Below, piece by piece: positions 9,673 through 18,248 of a stretch of DNA of 32,000 bases. The DNA lies in NCBI GenBank assembly GCA_050944355.1, contig JBMNQX010000003.1:29136-61135 (forward strand). The letters run 5' to 3'. How positions within the stretch are numbered: position 1 is the first letter of the stretch; each line of letters opens with the position of its first letter. This DNA comes from Lachnospiraceae bacterium. Its GTDB lineage: Bacteria; Bacillota; Clostridia; Lachnospirales; Lachnospiraceae. Both the position numbers and the translations under genes were made by a program. Below the pieces are notes generated by a model. That model did not search any database and was not told where the DNA came from. It saw nothing but the letters and a program-made list of their open reading frames with translations.

Positions 9673-11567
9673 ATGGATTACGCAAAATCTGCACATGAAG
9701 TCCTTGTCAACATAGGCGGCAGGGACAATCTGGTGTCCGCCGCGCACTGCGCCACGAGACTTCGTCTTGTGGTGGCGGACAACAACAAGGTAGACAGAAA
9801 AAAGTGGAAGCGGTCGACGGCGTAAAGGGCGTGTTTGAGGCTTCCGGACAGCTGCAGGTCATTTTCGGAACCGGCACGGTCAACAAGGTCTTCGATGAGT
9901 TCATCAAAGAAGCCGGAATTGAGGCTGGAACGAAGGACGACGTGAAAGCGGCGGCGGCGCAGAAGCAGAACTTCTTCCTGCGCCTTGTCAAGACACTGGG
10001 CGATGTATTCGTTCCGATCATTCCGGCCATCGTGGCGTCCGGCCTGATGATGGGACTCGTGGAAGGCATCGGCAGTGCCATTCCGGCTTTCGCGGAATCC
10101 GACATCTATTCAATGCTCGATCTCTTTGCCAATGCGGCCTTCACGTTTCTCCCGATTCTGATTGCCATTTCGGCGGCCAAGGTGTTCGGCGCCAATATTT
10201 ATCTGGGTGCTGTCATCGGCATGATCATGGTTCACCCGAACCTGACCAACGCCTGGTCGGCGGCGGAAGCGATCGCCGACGGAACGATGAAAACCTGGAG
10301 CATTTTCGGACTCTACACCGTAAACCAGGTCGGATATCAGGGACACGTCATACCGGTCGTCATAGCCATCTTTGTGCTGTCGCGCATTGAAAAGAAACTG
10401 CACAAAGTTGTGCCGGAGATGATCGATCTGTTTGTGACGCCGCTCGTCTCCGTCATGGTTACCGCTTTCCTGACAATGGCCGTTATCGGACCGATCTTCG
10501 GCCAGCTTGAGACATGGGTTCTCTCAGGAGTACAGTGGCTGATCACGATTCCATACGGACTTGGCGCCATGATCGTCGGCGGTGTATATGCCATCACCGT
10601 TGTCGCCGGTCTGCACCATATGTACAACGCAATTGAGGCCGAGATGATCGCCGCTAACGGCAAGAACATCTGGATGCCGATCGCCACGGCGGCCAACGTC
10701 GCACAGGGCGGTGCGGCACTTGCCATCGCGCTGAAGACAAAGAACAAGAAGATCAAGGAGATGGCTCTCCCGGCTTCTCTTTCTGCGTTCCTCGGAATCA
10801 CCGAGCCGGCCATCTTCGGTGTCAACGTGCGCTATCAGAGACCGTTTATCGCCGGCCTGATCGGCGGTGCAGCAGGCGCCATGGTGGGCTCTATCACCGG
10901 AGTCTATGCGACAGCGTACGGCATCACCGGCCTGTTCGGTTTCCTGATCACGACGGACTCACTTGTAGGCTACGCGCTGGATATGGCGGTTGCCTTTGTC
11001 GTGTCCTTTGGAATTTCCTGGATTCTCGGGCTGAAACCGGAGGATGAAAATCCGGACAGCGCGGCACTCGAGGCTGAAAAGGCTGCTGAGGCCATTGAGG
11101 AGAATCCGACGCCGGCCGTTGAGAAGGATGAACATTTCAAAGAAGTCATTCCGGCCCCGATGGACGGAATTGTAATGCCGGTCACAGAGGCGCCGGATGA
11201 GACATTTGCCTCGGAAGCACTCGGAAAAGGAATTGCTGTGGATCCGGACGACGGCACGGTAAGAGCTCCGTTTGACGGTTCCGTGCTCATGCTGTTTGAC
11301 ACCGGACACGCCATCGCAATCCGCTCGGATATGGGCGTGGAAGTTCTGATTCACGTCGGGCTCGACACGGTAGGTCTCGGTGGCAAACCGTTCAGCTACA
11401 AAGTAGAAGATCAGGCACATTTCCACAAGGGCGACGTGCTGATGACGGCTGATCTGAACATGATCCGTGAAGCCGGCCTCAAGACCGTCACGCCGATGGT
11501 CGTGACAAATGTCGATGACTTTGCGAGCGTCACGGTGGAAAATAACTGCATTGTGGTGGAGAAATAA
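9673..11567 (+). CDS. scrA: Sucrose-type PTS transporter subunit EIIBCA, reading frame interrupted by a -1 frame change at 9798-9804
   Basis: Frame 1 from ATG 9673 encodes the EIIB start with catalytic Cys ([44 protein letters not shown]) and stops at 9823-9825. The -1 frame from 9804 continues as [22 protein letters not shown]..., then EIIC and a glucose-type EIIA ([15 protein letters not shown]...[14 protein letters not shown]). Junction sequence is A_AAA_AAG. Confidence 0.85.
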
Positions 11568-12925
11568 TGATAACTGACAGCAAATGGAACCCGAAGTTCC
11601 ACATTTTCCCGCAGGAGGGCGGCTGGGTCAATGATCCGAACGGCCTCTGCCAGATTGACGGGATCTATCACGTGTTTTATCAGTACCGGCCGGACGCGGC
11701 CGACGGCAGCGGCAGAGTCGCGTGGGGACATTCTGTCTCAAAGGACCTGCTGCACTGGGAATTCAGGGGCGCGCCCATCAAACCGGACACGGAGCTCGAC
11801 AAGAGCGGCGCGTATTCCGGATCGGCGCTGGTGGAAGACGGCGTGATGCATCTGTTCTACACCGGAAATGTGAAGCTCCCGGGCGACTATGACTACACGA
11901 CGGCCGGGCGGCTCTCCAACACGATTCTTGTGAGCAGCCGCGACGGCGGCGCCACATTCACGCCAAAGAAAGCCGTGATGACAAATGCCGACTACCCTCA
12001 GGATCTCAGCTGCCATATCCGGGACCCGAAGGTCTGGAAGAAAGACGGGACATACTATATGGTGCTCGGAGCTCGCACGAAAGCGGACAAGGGCGAAGTG
12101 ATCCTGTTTTCTTCAAAGGACAGAGAGCACTGGAAGACAGAAAAAATCATCACCACAAAAGAACCGTTCGGCTATATGTGGGAGTGCCCGGATCTGTTTG
12201 AACTGGGCGGAAAGAGATTTCTGTCGCTGTGCCCGCAGGGCATAAAGGCGCAGGGGATTCTGTACAACAACATTTACCAGTCCGGATACTTTGTCATGAA
12301 CGGCGATGAGCCGGAGGATTTCACGGAGTGGGACAGAGGCTTTGACTTCTATGCGCCGCAGAGTTTTGTGGATGAGAAGGGACGCCGGCTTTTCATCGGC
12401 TGGATGGGCATGTCGGACAGTCCGTTCCCGAACCCGTCCACGAAGGTGGGCTGGCAGCACATGCTGACACTGCCGCGCGTTCTGGAAACGTATGAGAAGG
12501 ACGGCAAAGTGCGGATTGCGCAGCGGCTGATCCCGGAGATCATTCAGCTTCACGGCGAGGCGGAAGAGATCACGGCGGGAACAGACAGTAAGCCGCACAG
12601 CTGCTTCCACGCGCAGTTTGACAATGACGGCCGCGATTTTGACGTGCGCTTCGGCGATATGGAACTTCACTACAGTCAGGCGCAGGGCCGCATGGCGCTG
12701 GTCTTCACGAACTGGACCAACAGTATCGGCGCGGGGCGCTCGGGCAGACGGGCCATCACAGGCGATGTGAAAAAGCTTGACATCATCGTCGACGTCTCGT
12801 CGGCGGAAATTTTTGTCAACGGCGGAGAGGAAGTCTTCACGACGAGGATTTATCCGGAGAGTGCGCTGCCTCTTCACACGTACGGAAAGGGACTGACGGG
12901 CCGGATTTATGACCTGAAAGTTTAA
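11567..12925 (+). CDS. scrB: Sucrose-6-phosphate hydrolase / beta-fructofuranosidase (GH32)
   Basis: GGWVNDPNGLCQIDGIYHVFYQY (GH32 WxNDPNG), RDPKV, WECPDLF; start codon overlaps the EII stop (TAATG). Confidence 0.94.
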   Translation: MITDSKWNPKFHIFPQEGGWVNDPNGLCQIDGIYHVFYQYRPDAADGSGRVAWGHSVSKDLLHWEFRGAPIKPDTELDKSGAYSGSALVEDGVMHLFYTGNVKLPGDYDYTTAGRLSNTILVSSRDGGATFTPKKAVMTNADYPQDLSCHIRDPKVWKKDGTYYMVLGARTKADKGEVILFSSKDREHWKTEKIITTKEPFGYMWECPDLFELGGKRFLSLCPQGIKAQGILYNNIYQSGYFVMNGDEPEDFTEWDRGFDFYAPQSFVDEKGRRLFIGWMGMSDSPFPNPSTKVGWQHMLTLPRVLETYEKDGKVRIAQRLIPEIIQLHGEAEEITAGTDSKPHSCFHAQFDNDGRDFDVRFGDMELHYSQAQGRMALVFTNWTNSIGAGRSGRRAITGDVKKLDIIVDVSSAEIFVNGGEEVFTTRIYPESALPLHTYGKGLTGRIYDLKV

Positions 12926-12988
12926 GAGCCGGTTCCCGTGCATTTCGGGCCGGCCGGGCACGAAAAGAAAAGGAGATACGGAAAAACT

Positions 12989-13618
12989 ATGATTAAACTG
13001 GAGCGGACGGCTGTCATGAACTTTGAGAATGCCATGAGAGGCGCAAGAAACCCGATGAACAGCTGGGCGAGAAGCGACAGCCACACTGCCCCGGACGGGA
13101 CGTTCACCTTTGGACCGAACGACTTTGATCTGGCAAAACGGCTCGCGAGGGCCGGCTCGGATCACCGCAAGTTCATCCGGCAGATCTTTGTGTCGGTTGA
13201 CATCACGGCGCCGCTCTACTGGTGGAAGGAATTCGATACGTACAAGGTCGCCACGGTGGCCAACTCGACGTCGACGATGCACAAGATCCACGCCAAGCCG
13301 TTTGAGCGCGCTGATTTCTCCTGCGATCACATGGACGAAAAGACGCTTGCGATGCTCGACGAAGTGATTGCGTATCTCGAGAGCGTCCGCCAGGAGTATG
13401 TAAAGACAAAGGACAAACAGCTCTGGTACGACATGATCCAGCTTCTGCCCGAGAGTTACAACCAGATGCGGACGATCACCATGAATTATGAGACGCTCGT
13501 GAACCAGTACTACGCGAGGCGCGATCACAAGCTTCAGGAGTGGCACGAGTACTGCCGCTGGGTCGAGACGCTCCCCTACTTTAAAGACCTGTTTATCGAT
13601 CAGGATATCTCAAGATGA
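12989..13618 (+). CDS. Conserved protein of unknown function (possible divergent ThyX-like fold)
   Basis: ATG 12989 preceded by AAAGGAGA. Trp/Tyr-rich core FIRQIFVSVDITAPLYWWKEFDTYKVATVANSTSTMHKI...LLPESYNQMRTITMNYETLVNQYYARRDHKLQEWHEYCRWVETLPYF. The 12938 start in the track lacks an RBS. Confidence 0.8.
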   Translation: MIKLERTAVMNFENAMRGARNPMNSWARSDSHTAPDGTFTFGPNDFDLAKRLARAGSDHRKFIRQIFVSVDITAPLYWWKEFDTYKVATVANSTSTMHKIHAKPFERADFSCDHMDEKTLAMLDEVIAYLESVRQEYVKTKDKQLWYDMIQLLPESYNQMRTITMNYETLVNQYYARRDHKLQEWHEYCRWVETLPYFKDLFIDQDISR

Positions 13619-13657
13619 ACCGGAAGCCCTGAAATTTAATCCGGGCAGAATGAAAAC

Positions 13658-13702
13658 AAGGCTGCTGTCCTGGTGTAAAAGCACCGGGGCAGCAGCCTTT
13701 TA
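13658..13702. terminator. Bidirectional intrinsic terminator between convergent genes
   Basis: AAGGCTGCTG...TGGTG-TAAAA-GCACC...CAGCAGCCTT flanked by T/A tracts, between the stop codons of 12989-13618 (+) and 13730-15001 (-). Confidence 0.85.
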
Positions 13703-13729
13703 TCTGCGGATTTTTTCGGGACACGGCTG

Positions 13730-15001
13730 TCAGTTCGCCTGATTCAGCTCTTCGGCCGTGGGCAGTCTGGTCTCGCCCGTGCGCAGCCCCTGCATATACT
13801 GATGCATGGACTCTGCGACGATCTTTGAGTGGGCGACGGCCTCTACGACAGTGCGGGCTCCGGCGACAACGTCACCGGAAGCGAAAATCCCGGGAACTGA
13901 CGTGTGACCGGTGTCGTCGGCCTCCAGAAGGCCTTTGTTATTGGTCTGCAGACCTCTTGTCGAGTTGACGAGGCGGTTCTGCGGCCCCTGGCTGATGGAG
14001 ATGATAACGGAATCTGACGGGAAGAACTTGTCGCTGTCCGGGATCTCTTTGAGACTCCCGTCTTCCTGCTCTTCAACTTTGCGGAAAATGACTCCGTCAT
14101 CCCTGATTTCAATCGGTTTCCAGTTGTACTCGAAATCGACGCCTTCAAGCTGCGCATAGCTGAATTCATGCTGGCTGGCGGCGATTTTCTTTGTCAGCGA
14201 GAAGCAGGTCAGATGGCGCACGCCTTTGCGGATCGCGGTGCGGGCGACGTCCATTGCGGCGTTGCCGGCGCCGATGACTGTCACGCGGCTTCCGAGCTGA
14301 TAGCTGTCCGGGTTGTTCAGATAGTTGATGCCGAAATGCACGTTTCCGAACGTCTCGCCTTTGATGTGCAGTACATTCGGCTTCCACACGCCGGTTCCGA
14401 TGAAGATCGAGTTGTAGCCGTCCCGGAACAGATCGCTGATGGTGATGGCCATGCCGATCGTGGTGTTCGGACGGATTTTGATGTCCTTCATGCGGAGATG
14501 CCGGTATTCAAAGTCGTCGAGCACCGATTTGGGAAGGCGGAATTCCGGAATGCCGTAGCGCAGCACGCCGCCGATCTTGTCTTTGCCCTCGAAGATCGTG
14601 ACGTCGTAGCCGTAGCGGGCAAGAATGACGGCGATTGTGAGGCCGGCCGGTCCGGAGCCGATGATGGCGACTCTCTGGCCGTTCTTTTTGCTCGGCCCTT
14701 TTGTCATCTGATTGGCATACGTTTCCGAGATATAGTTTTCGATGATTGAGAAATGAACCGGCGCGCCCTTGATACCGCGCACACAATGGCCTTCGCACTG
14801 ATTTTCGTGATTGCAGATCAGAGAGCAGACGGTTGTGAGCGGATTGTTCTCGAAGAGCATCCAGCCGGCTTCATTGAGCTTTCCCTCGCGCAGAAGACGG
14901 ATTACCGTCGGAATGTCGGTGTGAATCGGGCAGCCCTGACGGCAGCGCGGATTCTTGCACTGGAGACAGCGCGAAGCTTCGTCGAGTACGTGAAGTGACA
15001 T
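13730..15001 (-). CDS. FAD/NAD(P)-dependent oxidoreductase, glutamate synthase small subunit / NfnB-like
   Basis: Cys-rich N-terminal Fe-S domain (CLQCKNPRCRQGCPIHTDIP, CSLICNHENQCEGHC), VAIIGSGPAGLTIAVILARYGYDVTIFEGKDKIGGVLRYGIPEFRLPK, VTVIGAGNAAMDVARTA, GIFASGDVV. Confidence 0.93.
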   Translation of the reverse strand: MSLHVLDEASRCLQCKNPRCRQGCPIHTDIPTVIRLLREGKLNEAGWMLFENNPLTTVCSLICNHENQCEGHCVRGIKGAPVHFSIIENYISETYANQMTKGPSKKNGQRVAIIGSGPAGLTIAVILARYGYDVTIFEGKDKIGGVLRYGIPEFRLPKSVLDDFEYRHLRMKDIKIRPNTTIGMAITISDLFRDGYNSIFIGTGVWKPNVLHIKGETFGNVHFGINYLNNPDSYQLGSRVTVIGAGNAAMDVARTAIRKGVRHLTCFSLTKKIAASQHEFSYAQLEGVDFEYNWKPIEIRDDGVIFRKVEEQEDGSLKEIPDSDKFFPSDSVIISISQGPQNRLVNSTRGLQTNNKGLLEADDTGHTSVPGIFASGDVVAGARTVVEAVAHSKIVAESMHQYMQGLRTGETRLPTAEELNQAN

Positions 15002-15081
15002 AATTGGGATCCTTTCCCAGGTCTTTTTGCGTAAAATAATGGGTCTGAGACCTTGGCACGAAATATTTTCTGGCTCTTATT

Positions 15082-15110
15082 ATTATAGAATCCGGCGCCG
15101 ATGTTGACAA
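15082..15110 (-). promoter_or_regulatory. Promoter for the GltD-like oxidoreductase (minus strand TTGTCA-17-TATAAT)
   Basis: Minus-strand -35 TTGTCA (plus TGACAA, 15105-15110), 17-nt spacer, -10 TATAAT (plus ATTATA, 15082-15087). Confidence 0.7.
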
Positions 15111-15132
15111 GTGAGATGGTGAATGTTATATA
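15104..15132 (+). promoter_or_regulatory. Promoter for hup (TTGACA-17-TATATA)
   Basis: -35 TTGACA 15104-15109, 17-nt spacer, -10 TATATA 15127-15132; overlaps the -35 of the divergent promoter. Confidence 0.7.
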
Positions 15133-15186
15133 TTTCAGTAGGGCTTGAAAACAGCGAATTTATGCGATTAAGGAGAGTTTTTTACC

Positions 15187-15462
15187 ATGAACAAGACCGA
15201 ATTGACAGCAGAAATTGCCTCCAAGACAAATCTGACCAAGAAGGACTGCGAGAGCTTTTTGAACGCATTCACTGACGTTGTCACCGATGCACTCTCAAAA
15301 GGCGAAAAGGTTCAGATGATCGGCTTCGGTTCGTTTGAAGTCATCAAGAGATCGGAGAGAACCGGTAAGAATCCGCAGACTGGCAAGACGATCACCATTG
15401 CGGCTGTAAAGGCGCCGAAGTTCAGACCCGGCAAGGCTCTGAAGGACGCTGTAAACGCCTGA
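15187..15462 (+). CDS. hup: DNA-binding protein HU
   Basis: MNKTELTAEIASKTNLTKKDCESFLNAFTDVVTDALSKGEKVQMIGFGSFEVIKRSERTGKNPQTGKTITI; classic HU length and motifs. Confidence 0.97.
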   Translation: MNKTELTAEIASKTNLTKKDCESFLNAFTDVVTDALSKGEKVQMIGFGSFEVIKRSERTGKNPQTGKTITIAAVKAPKFRPGKALKDAVNA

Positions 15463-15487
15463 ATCGGGGAAAGCAATCGCTCAGCAG

Positions 15488-15521
15488 GGAGGAAACGGGC
15501 AGAAACCGTTTCCTCCTTTCT
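15488..15521 (+). terminator. Intrinsic terminator after hup
   Basis: GGAGGAAACGG-GCAGAAA-CCGTTTCCTCC followed by TTTCT. Confidence 0.8.
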
Positions 15522-15547
15522 GTCTTTATACACAAAGGAGATGCACA

Positions 15548-15787
15548 ATGCGCCTTGACAAATTCTTAAAAGTATCCCGCCTGATCAAGCGCAGGACTGT
15601 GGCAAATGAGGCGTGTGACGCGGGGAGAGTTTCGATCAACGGACGTCCGGCCAAAGCCTCAGCGGACGTGAAAGCCGGCGACATTCTTGAGATTCAGTTC
15701 GGCAACCGCGACGTGAAAGTCCGCGTAAAAGATGTGAAAGAAACAATTCACAAAGAAGATGCTTCGGAAATGTTTGAATATCTGTAA
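15548..15787 (+). CDS. rqcP: S4-domain RNA-binding protein (RqcP/YabO-like)
   Basis: MRLDKFLKVSRLIKRRTVANEACDAGRVSINGRPAKASADVKAGDILEIQFG; 79 aa S4 domain, positioned between hup and divIC as in other Firmicutes. Confidence 0.9.
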   Translation: MRLDKFLKVSRLIKRRTVANEACDAGRVSINGRPAKASADVKAGDILEIQFGNRDVKVRVKDVKETIHKEDASEMFEYL

Positions 15788-15795
15788 AATGTGCT

Positions 15796-15823
15796 ATACT
15801 ATAAATTACTGCTAATATAGTAT
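15796..15823. repeat. 8-bp perfect inverted repeat overlapping a putative promoter -10 upstream of divIC
   Basis: ATACTATA (15796-15803), 12 nt, TATAGTAT (15816-15823); overlaps an extended -10-like TGCTATACT. Confidence 0.55.
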
Positions 15824-15855
15824 TTCTAAGAGCATCACCGGAAAGGAGGAAGCAG

Positions 15856-16197
15856 TTGGCACACGGAAAGTATCTAACGGCCAAAGTGAGAGAGCGCAAA
15901 ATGCGCCGCAGAAAGAAAACAATTCAGATAGGCGCCATTGCCGCCGCTGCAGCCATTGTTCTCCTGGCTGCCATTCTTGTGGTCAACGGTCTTCAACTCA
16001 GTGCGAAGAATCAGCAGTACGAGGAGCAGATTGCAAGCCTGGAGGAACAGGTCGCTCTTCAGGAAGAGCGGCAGCAGACCATAGAGGCTGAAGAAGAGTA
16101 CATGCAGACGCAGGATTACGTGGAGGAGATTGCGCAGGAAAAGTTCGGACTCGTGTATCCGGATGAAATTATTTTCCGCGCTGTCAGCGGACAATGA
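15856..16197 (+). CDS. divIC: Septum formation initiator family protein (DivIC/FtsB-like)
   Basis: Short basic N-terminus, single TM (IGAIAAAAAIVLLAAILVVNGL), coiled coil, C-terminal DYVEEIAQEKFGLVYPDEIIF. TTG start with GGAAAGGAGGA RBS. Confidence 0.88.
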   Translation: MAHGKYLTAKVRERKMRRRKKTIQIGAIAAAAAIVLLAAILVVNGLQLSAKNQQYEEQIASLEEQVALQEERQQTIEAEEEYMQTQDYVEEIAQEKFGLVYPDEIIFRAVSGQ

Positions 16198-17645
16198 CAG
16201 AAAAAAGCAAAAGCAGGAAGCCGGATGAAAGGCAGGAGAAGATCCTGATCACCGTCCGGGATTTCTGCAGAGAGAATGATCTGTTCGGAGGCTGCCGGGC
16301 AGTCTACGCCGGTGTTTCAGGCGGGGCTGATTCGGTATGCCTCCTGTTTATTTTACAGCGCCTTTTTTCGAGGATGCCGGAAGACAGGCGCCCGAGCCTG
16401 ACGGCCGTACATGTGCATCACGGCATCCGGGGCGCCGAGGCGGACAGGGATGCGGAGTTCACGCGCCGGCTGTGCGCCGGGCTGGGCGTTGCATTTGTTA
16501 TGAAAAGAGTTGACGCGCCGGCGTTTGCGAGGGAAAAGAAGCTGTCGCTCGAGGAGGCGGCGAGGCAGCTGCGGTATGCGGCGCTCCGCGAGGCGGCGGA
16601 CGGAAACCCGATCGCGGTGGCGCACACGGCGAGCGATCAGGCGGAGACGCTGCTGTTCAGGCTTGCGAGAGGAACGGGCGTGCGCGGTCTTGCCGGCATG
16701 AGTCCGAAAACCGGTGATATCTGCCGTCCGCTGCTGTGCCTCACAAGACAGGACACGGAAGCGTTTCTTTTGGCTGAGGGGCAGCCGTTTGTGACGGACA
16801 GCACGAATTTCGGGCGTGACAACGCGCGCTCTATTCTGCGCGCGGATGTGCTGCCGGGGCTCACAGAGGTGAATTCGCAGGCCGTGAGGCATATCGCCAG
16901 AACGGCGGAAGAGCTCGCACAGGCAGAAGAACTGATCCGTGCTCTAAGCAGTGATCTTCTTGAGAAAGCCGGCCGGGACGCGAAGTCCGGCATTCTGCTT
17001 GACATCAGAACACTTAAGGCGGCGCCGGAAATTGTCGGCCGGCGGGCCGTTTTATCGGCGCTGATAAAATCGGCGGGCCACGAACGGGATATTCAGGCGG
17101 TGCATGTACAGGCCGTCTGTGACCTGATGAATGAAGAGACCGGGGCGAGAGTCTGCCTCCCGTACGGCGTGCAGGTGCGCCGGGAATACGACTGTCTGCA
17201 CTTTTTCAGAGGAGAGCCTGCGGAGCGGAAAGCACGCTTTGCGCCGCAGGCTCTCGGGGGAAAAGACCGGGAAGAGCTTGAGAACGGCGGAAAAGTCATT
17301 AAATTCTTCGGACCATGGCGGGCAGAGTTTGTACTGGTTCCAAAATTTGCGCGGGATGAGGATAATGAGTTCACGAAGTTCTTTGATTATGATAAAATGA
17401 AACATGAATTACTGTTCAGAAACGCGGCAGAAAACGATTTTATGCAGACCGGCAGACAGTCCCGGGCAGCGCTTGTCAAGGTCTTCCGTGACAGGAAAAT
17501 CAGTCAGGAACAGCGCGGGGAAGTGCCGCTTGTGGCCGCGGGGAGCGAGGTATACTGGGCTGTCGGCGTAAGACGCAGCCAGGCCGCGCTCATCGATGAG
17601 CAGACAAGAAGGATACTGCGCCTGAGCGTTGCGAGGACGGATTGA
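16194..17645 (+). CDS. tilS: tRNA(Ile)-lysidine synthetase TilS
   Basis: PP-loop YAGVSGGADSVCLLFIL, VHVHHGIRGAEADRDAEF, AVAHTASDQAETLLFRLARGTGVRGLAGM; ATGA overlap with the upstream gene. Confidence 0.95.
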   Translation: MTEKSKSRKPDERQEKILITVRDFCRENDLFGGCRAVYAGVSGGADSVCLLFILQRLFSRMPEDRRPSLTAVHVHHGIRGAEADRDAEFTRRLCAGLGVAFVMKRVDAPAFAREKKLSLEEAARQLRYAALREAADGNPIAVAHTASDQAETLLFRLARGTGVRGLAGMSPKTGDICRPLLCLTRQDTEAFLLAEGQPFVTDSTNFGRDNARSILRADVLPGLTEVNSQAVRHIARTAEELAQAEELIRALSSDLLEKAGRDAKSGILLDIRTLKAAPEIVGRRAVLSALIKSAGHERDIQAVHVQAVCDLMNEETGARVCLPYGVQVRREYDCLHFFRGEPAERKARFAPQALGGKDREELENGGKVIKFFGPWRAEFVLVPKFARDEDNEFTKFFDYDKMKHELLFRNAAENDFMQTGRQSRAALVKVFRDRKISQEQRGEVPLVAAGSEVYWAVGVRRSQAALIDEQTRRILRLSVARTD

Positions 17646-17675
17646 GTCTCCTTAAGGCGGGCGGAAAGGAAATCC

Positions 17676-18209
17676 ATGGACAATAATATCTACAGCAACA
17701 TCAGTGTGCTGATTGATGAAAAGACGCTCAACAAGCGCATTCAGGAACTCGGGGAGACCATCAGCCGCGACTATGCGGGCCGCGAACTGAAACTGATCTG
17801 TATTCTCAAAGGCTCGGTTTTATTTATGAGTGAACTGGCAAAGCGCATCACGGTGCCGGTTCTGTTCGATTTCATGCAGGTATCCAGTTATGGCTCCGGG
17901 ACGAAAAGCAGCGGTTCCGTCAAAATCAAAAAGGACCTGGACGAAGACATCGCCGGTCAGGATGTGCTGATTGTGGAGGATATCATTGACTCCGGAAACA
18001 CACTGTACAAGCTGACGCCGATTTTAAAGGCGAGAAATCCGAAATCGCTTAAAGTTGTGTCGCTCCTCGACAAGCCGGAGCGCCGGGAAGTGCCGTTTCA
18101 GGCCGACTACCGCGGATTTGACATTCCGGATGAATTCGTCGTCGGGTTCGGACTGGACTATGACCAGAAATACCGCAATCTTCCCTATATCGGAATTCTT
18201 CATCTTTAA
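17676..18209 (+). CDS. hpt: Hypoxanthine phosphoribosyltransferase
   Basis: PRPP motif VLIVEDIIDSGNTLYKL, LICILKGSVLFMSELAKRI, VGFGLDYDQKYRNLPYIGIL. Confidence 0.96.
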   Translation: MDNNIYSNISVLIDEKTLNKRIQELGETISRDYAGRELKLICILKGSVLFMSELAKRITVPVLFDFMQVSSYGSGTKSSGSVKIKKDLDEDIAGQDVLIVEDIIDSGNTLYKLTPILKARNPKSLKVVSLLDKPERREVPFQADYRGFDIPDEFVVGFGLDYDQKYRNLPYIGILHL

Positions 18210-18248
18210 TTTCTGGGCAGAAGCGGCCAAGGAGAGAATCAAAGCTGT

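Noticed and set aside
9804-11567. Treating the PTS ORF as an independent gene starting at GTG 9804
   Set aside because: The GTG is an internal Val of the EIIB domain and the catalytic Cys lies upstream in the other frame; an independent start would give a truncated EIIB without its phosphorylation site.
12113-13546. 477-aa minus-strand ORF opposite scrB and the following gene
   Set aside because: Antisense shadow spanning two well-supported + strand genes; no domain signal or plausible RBS.
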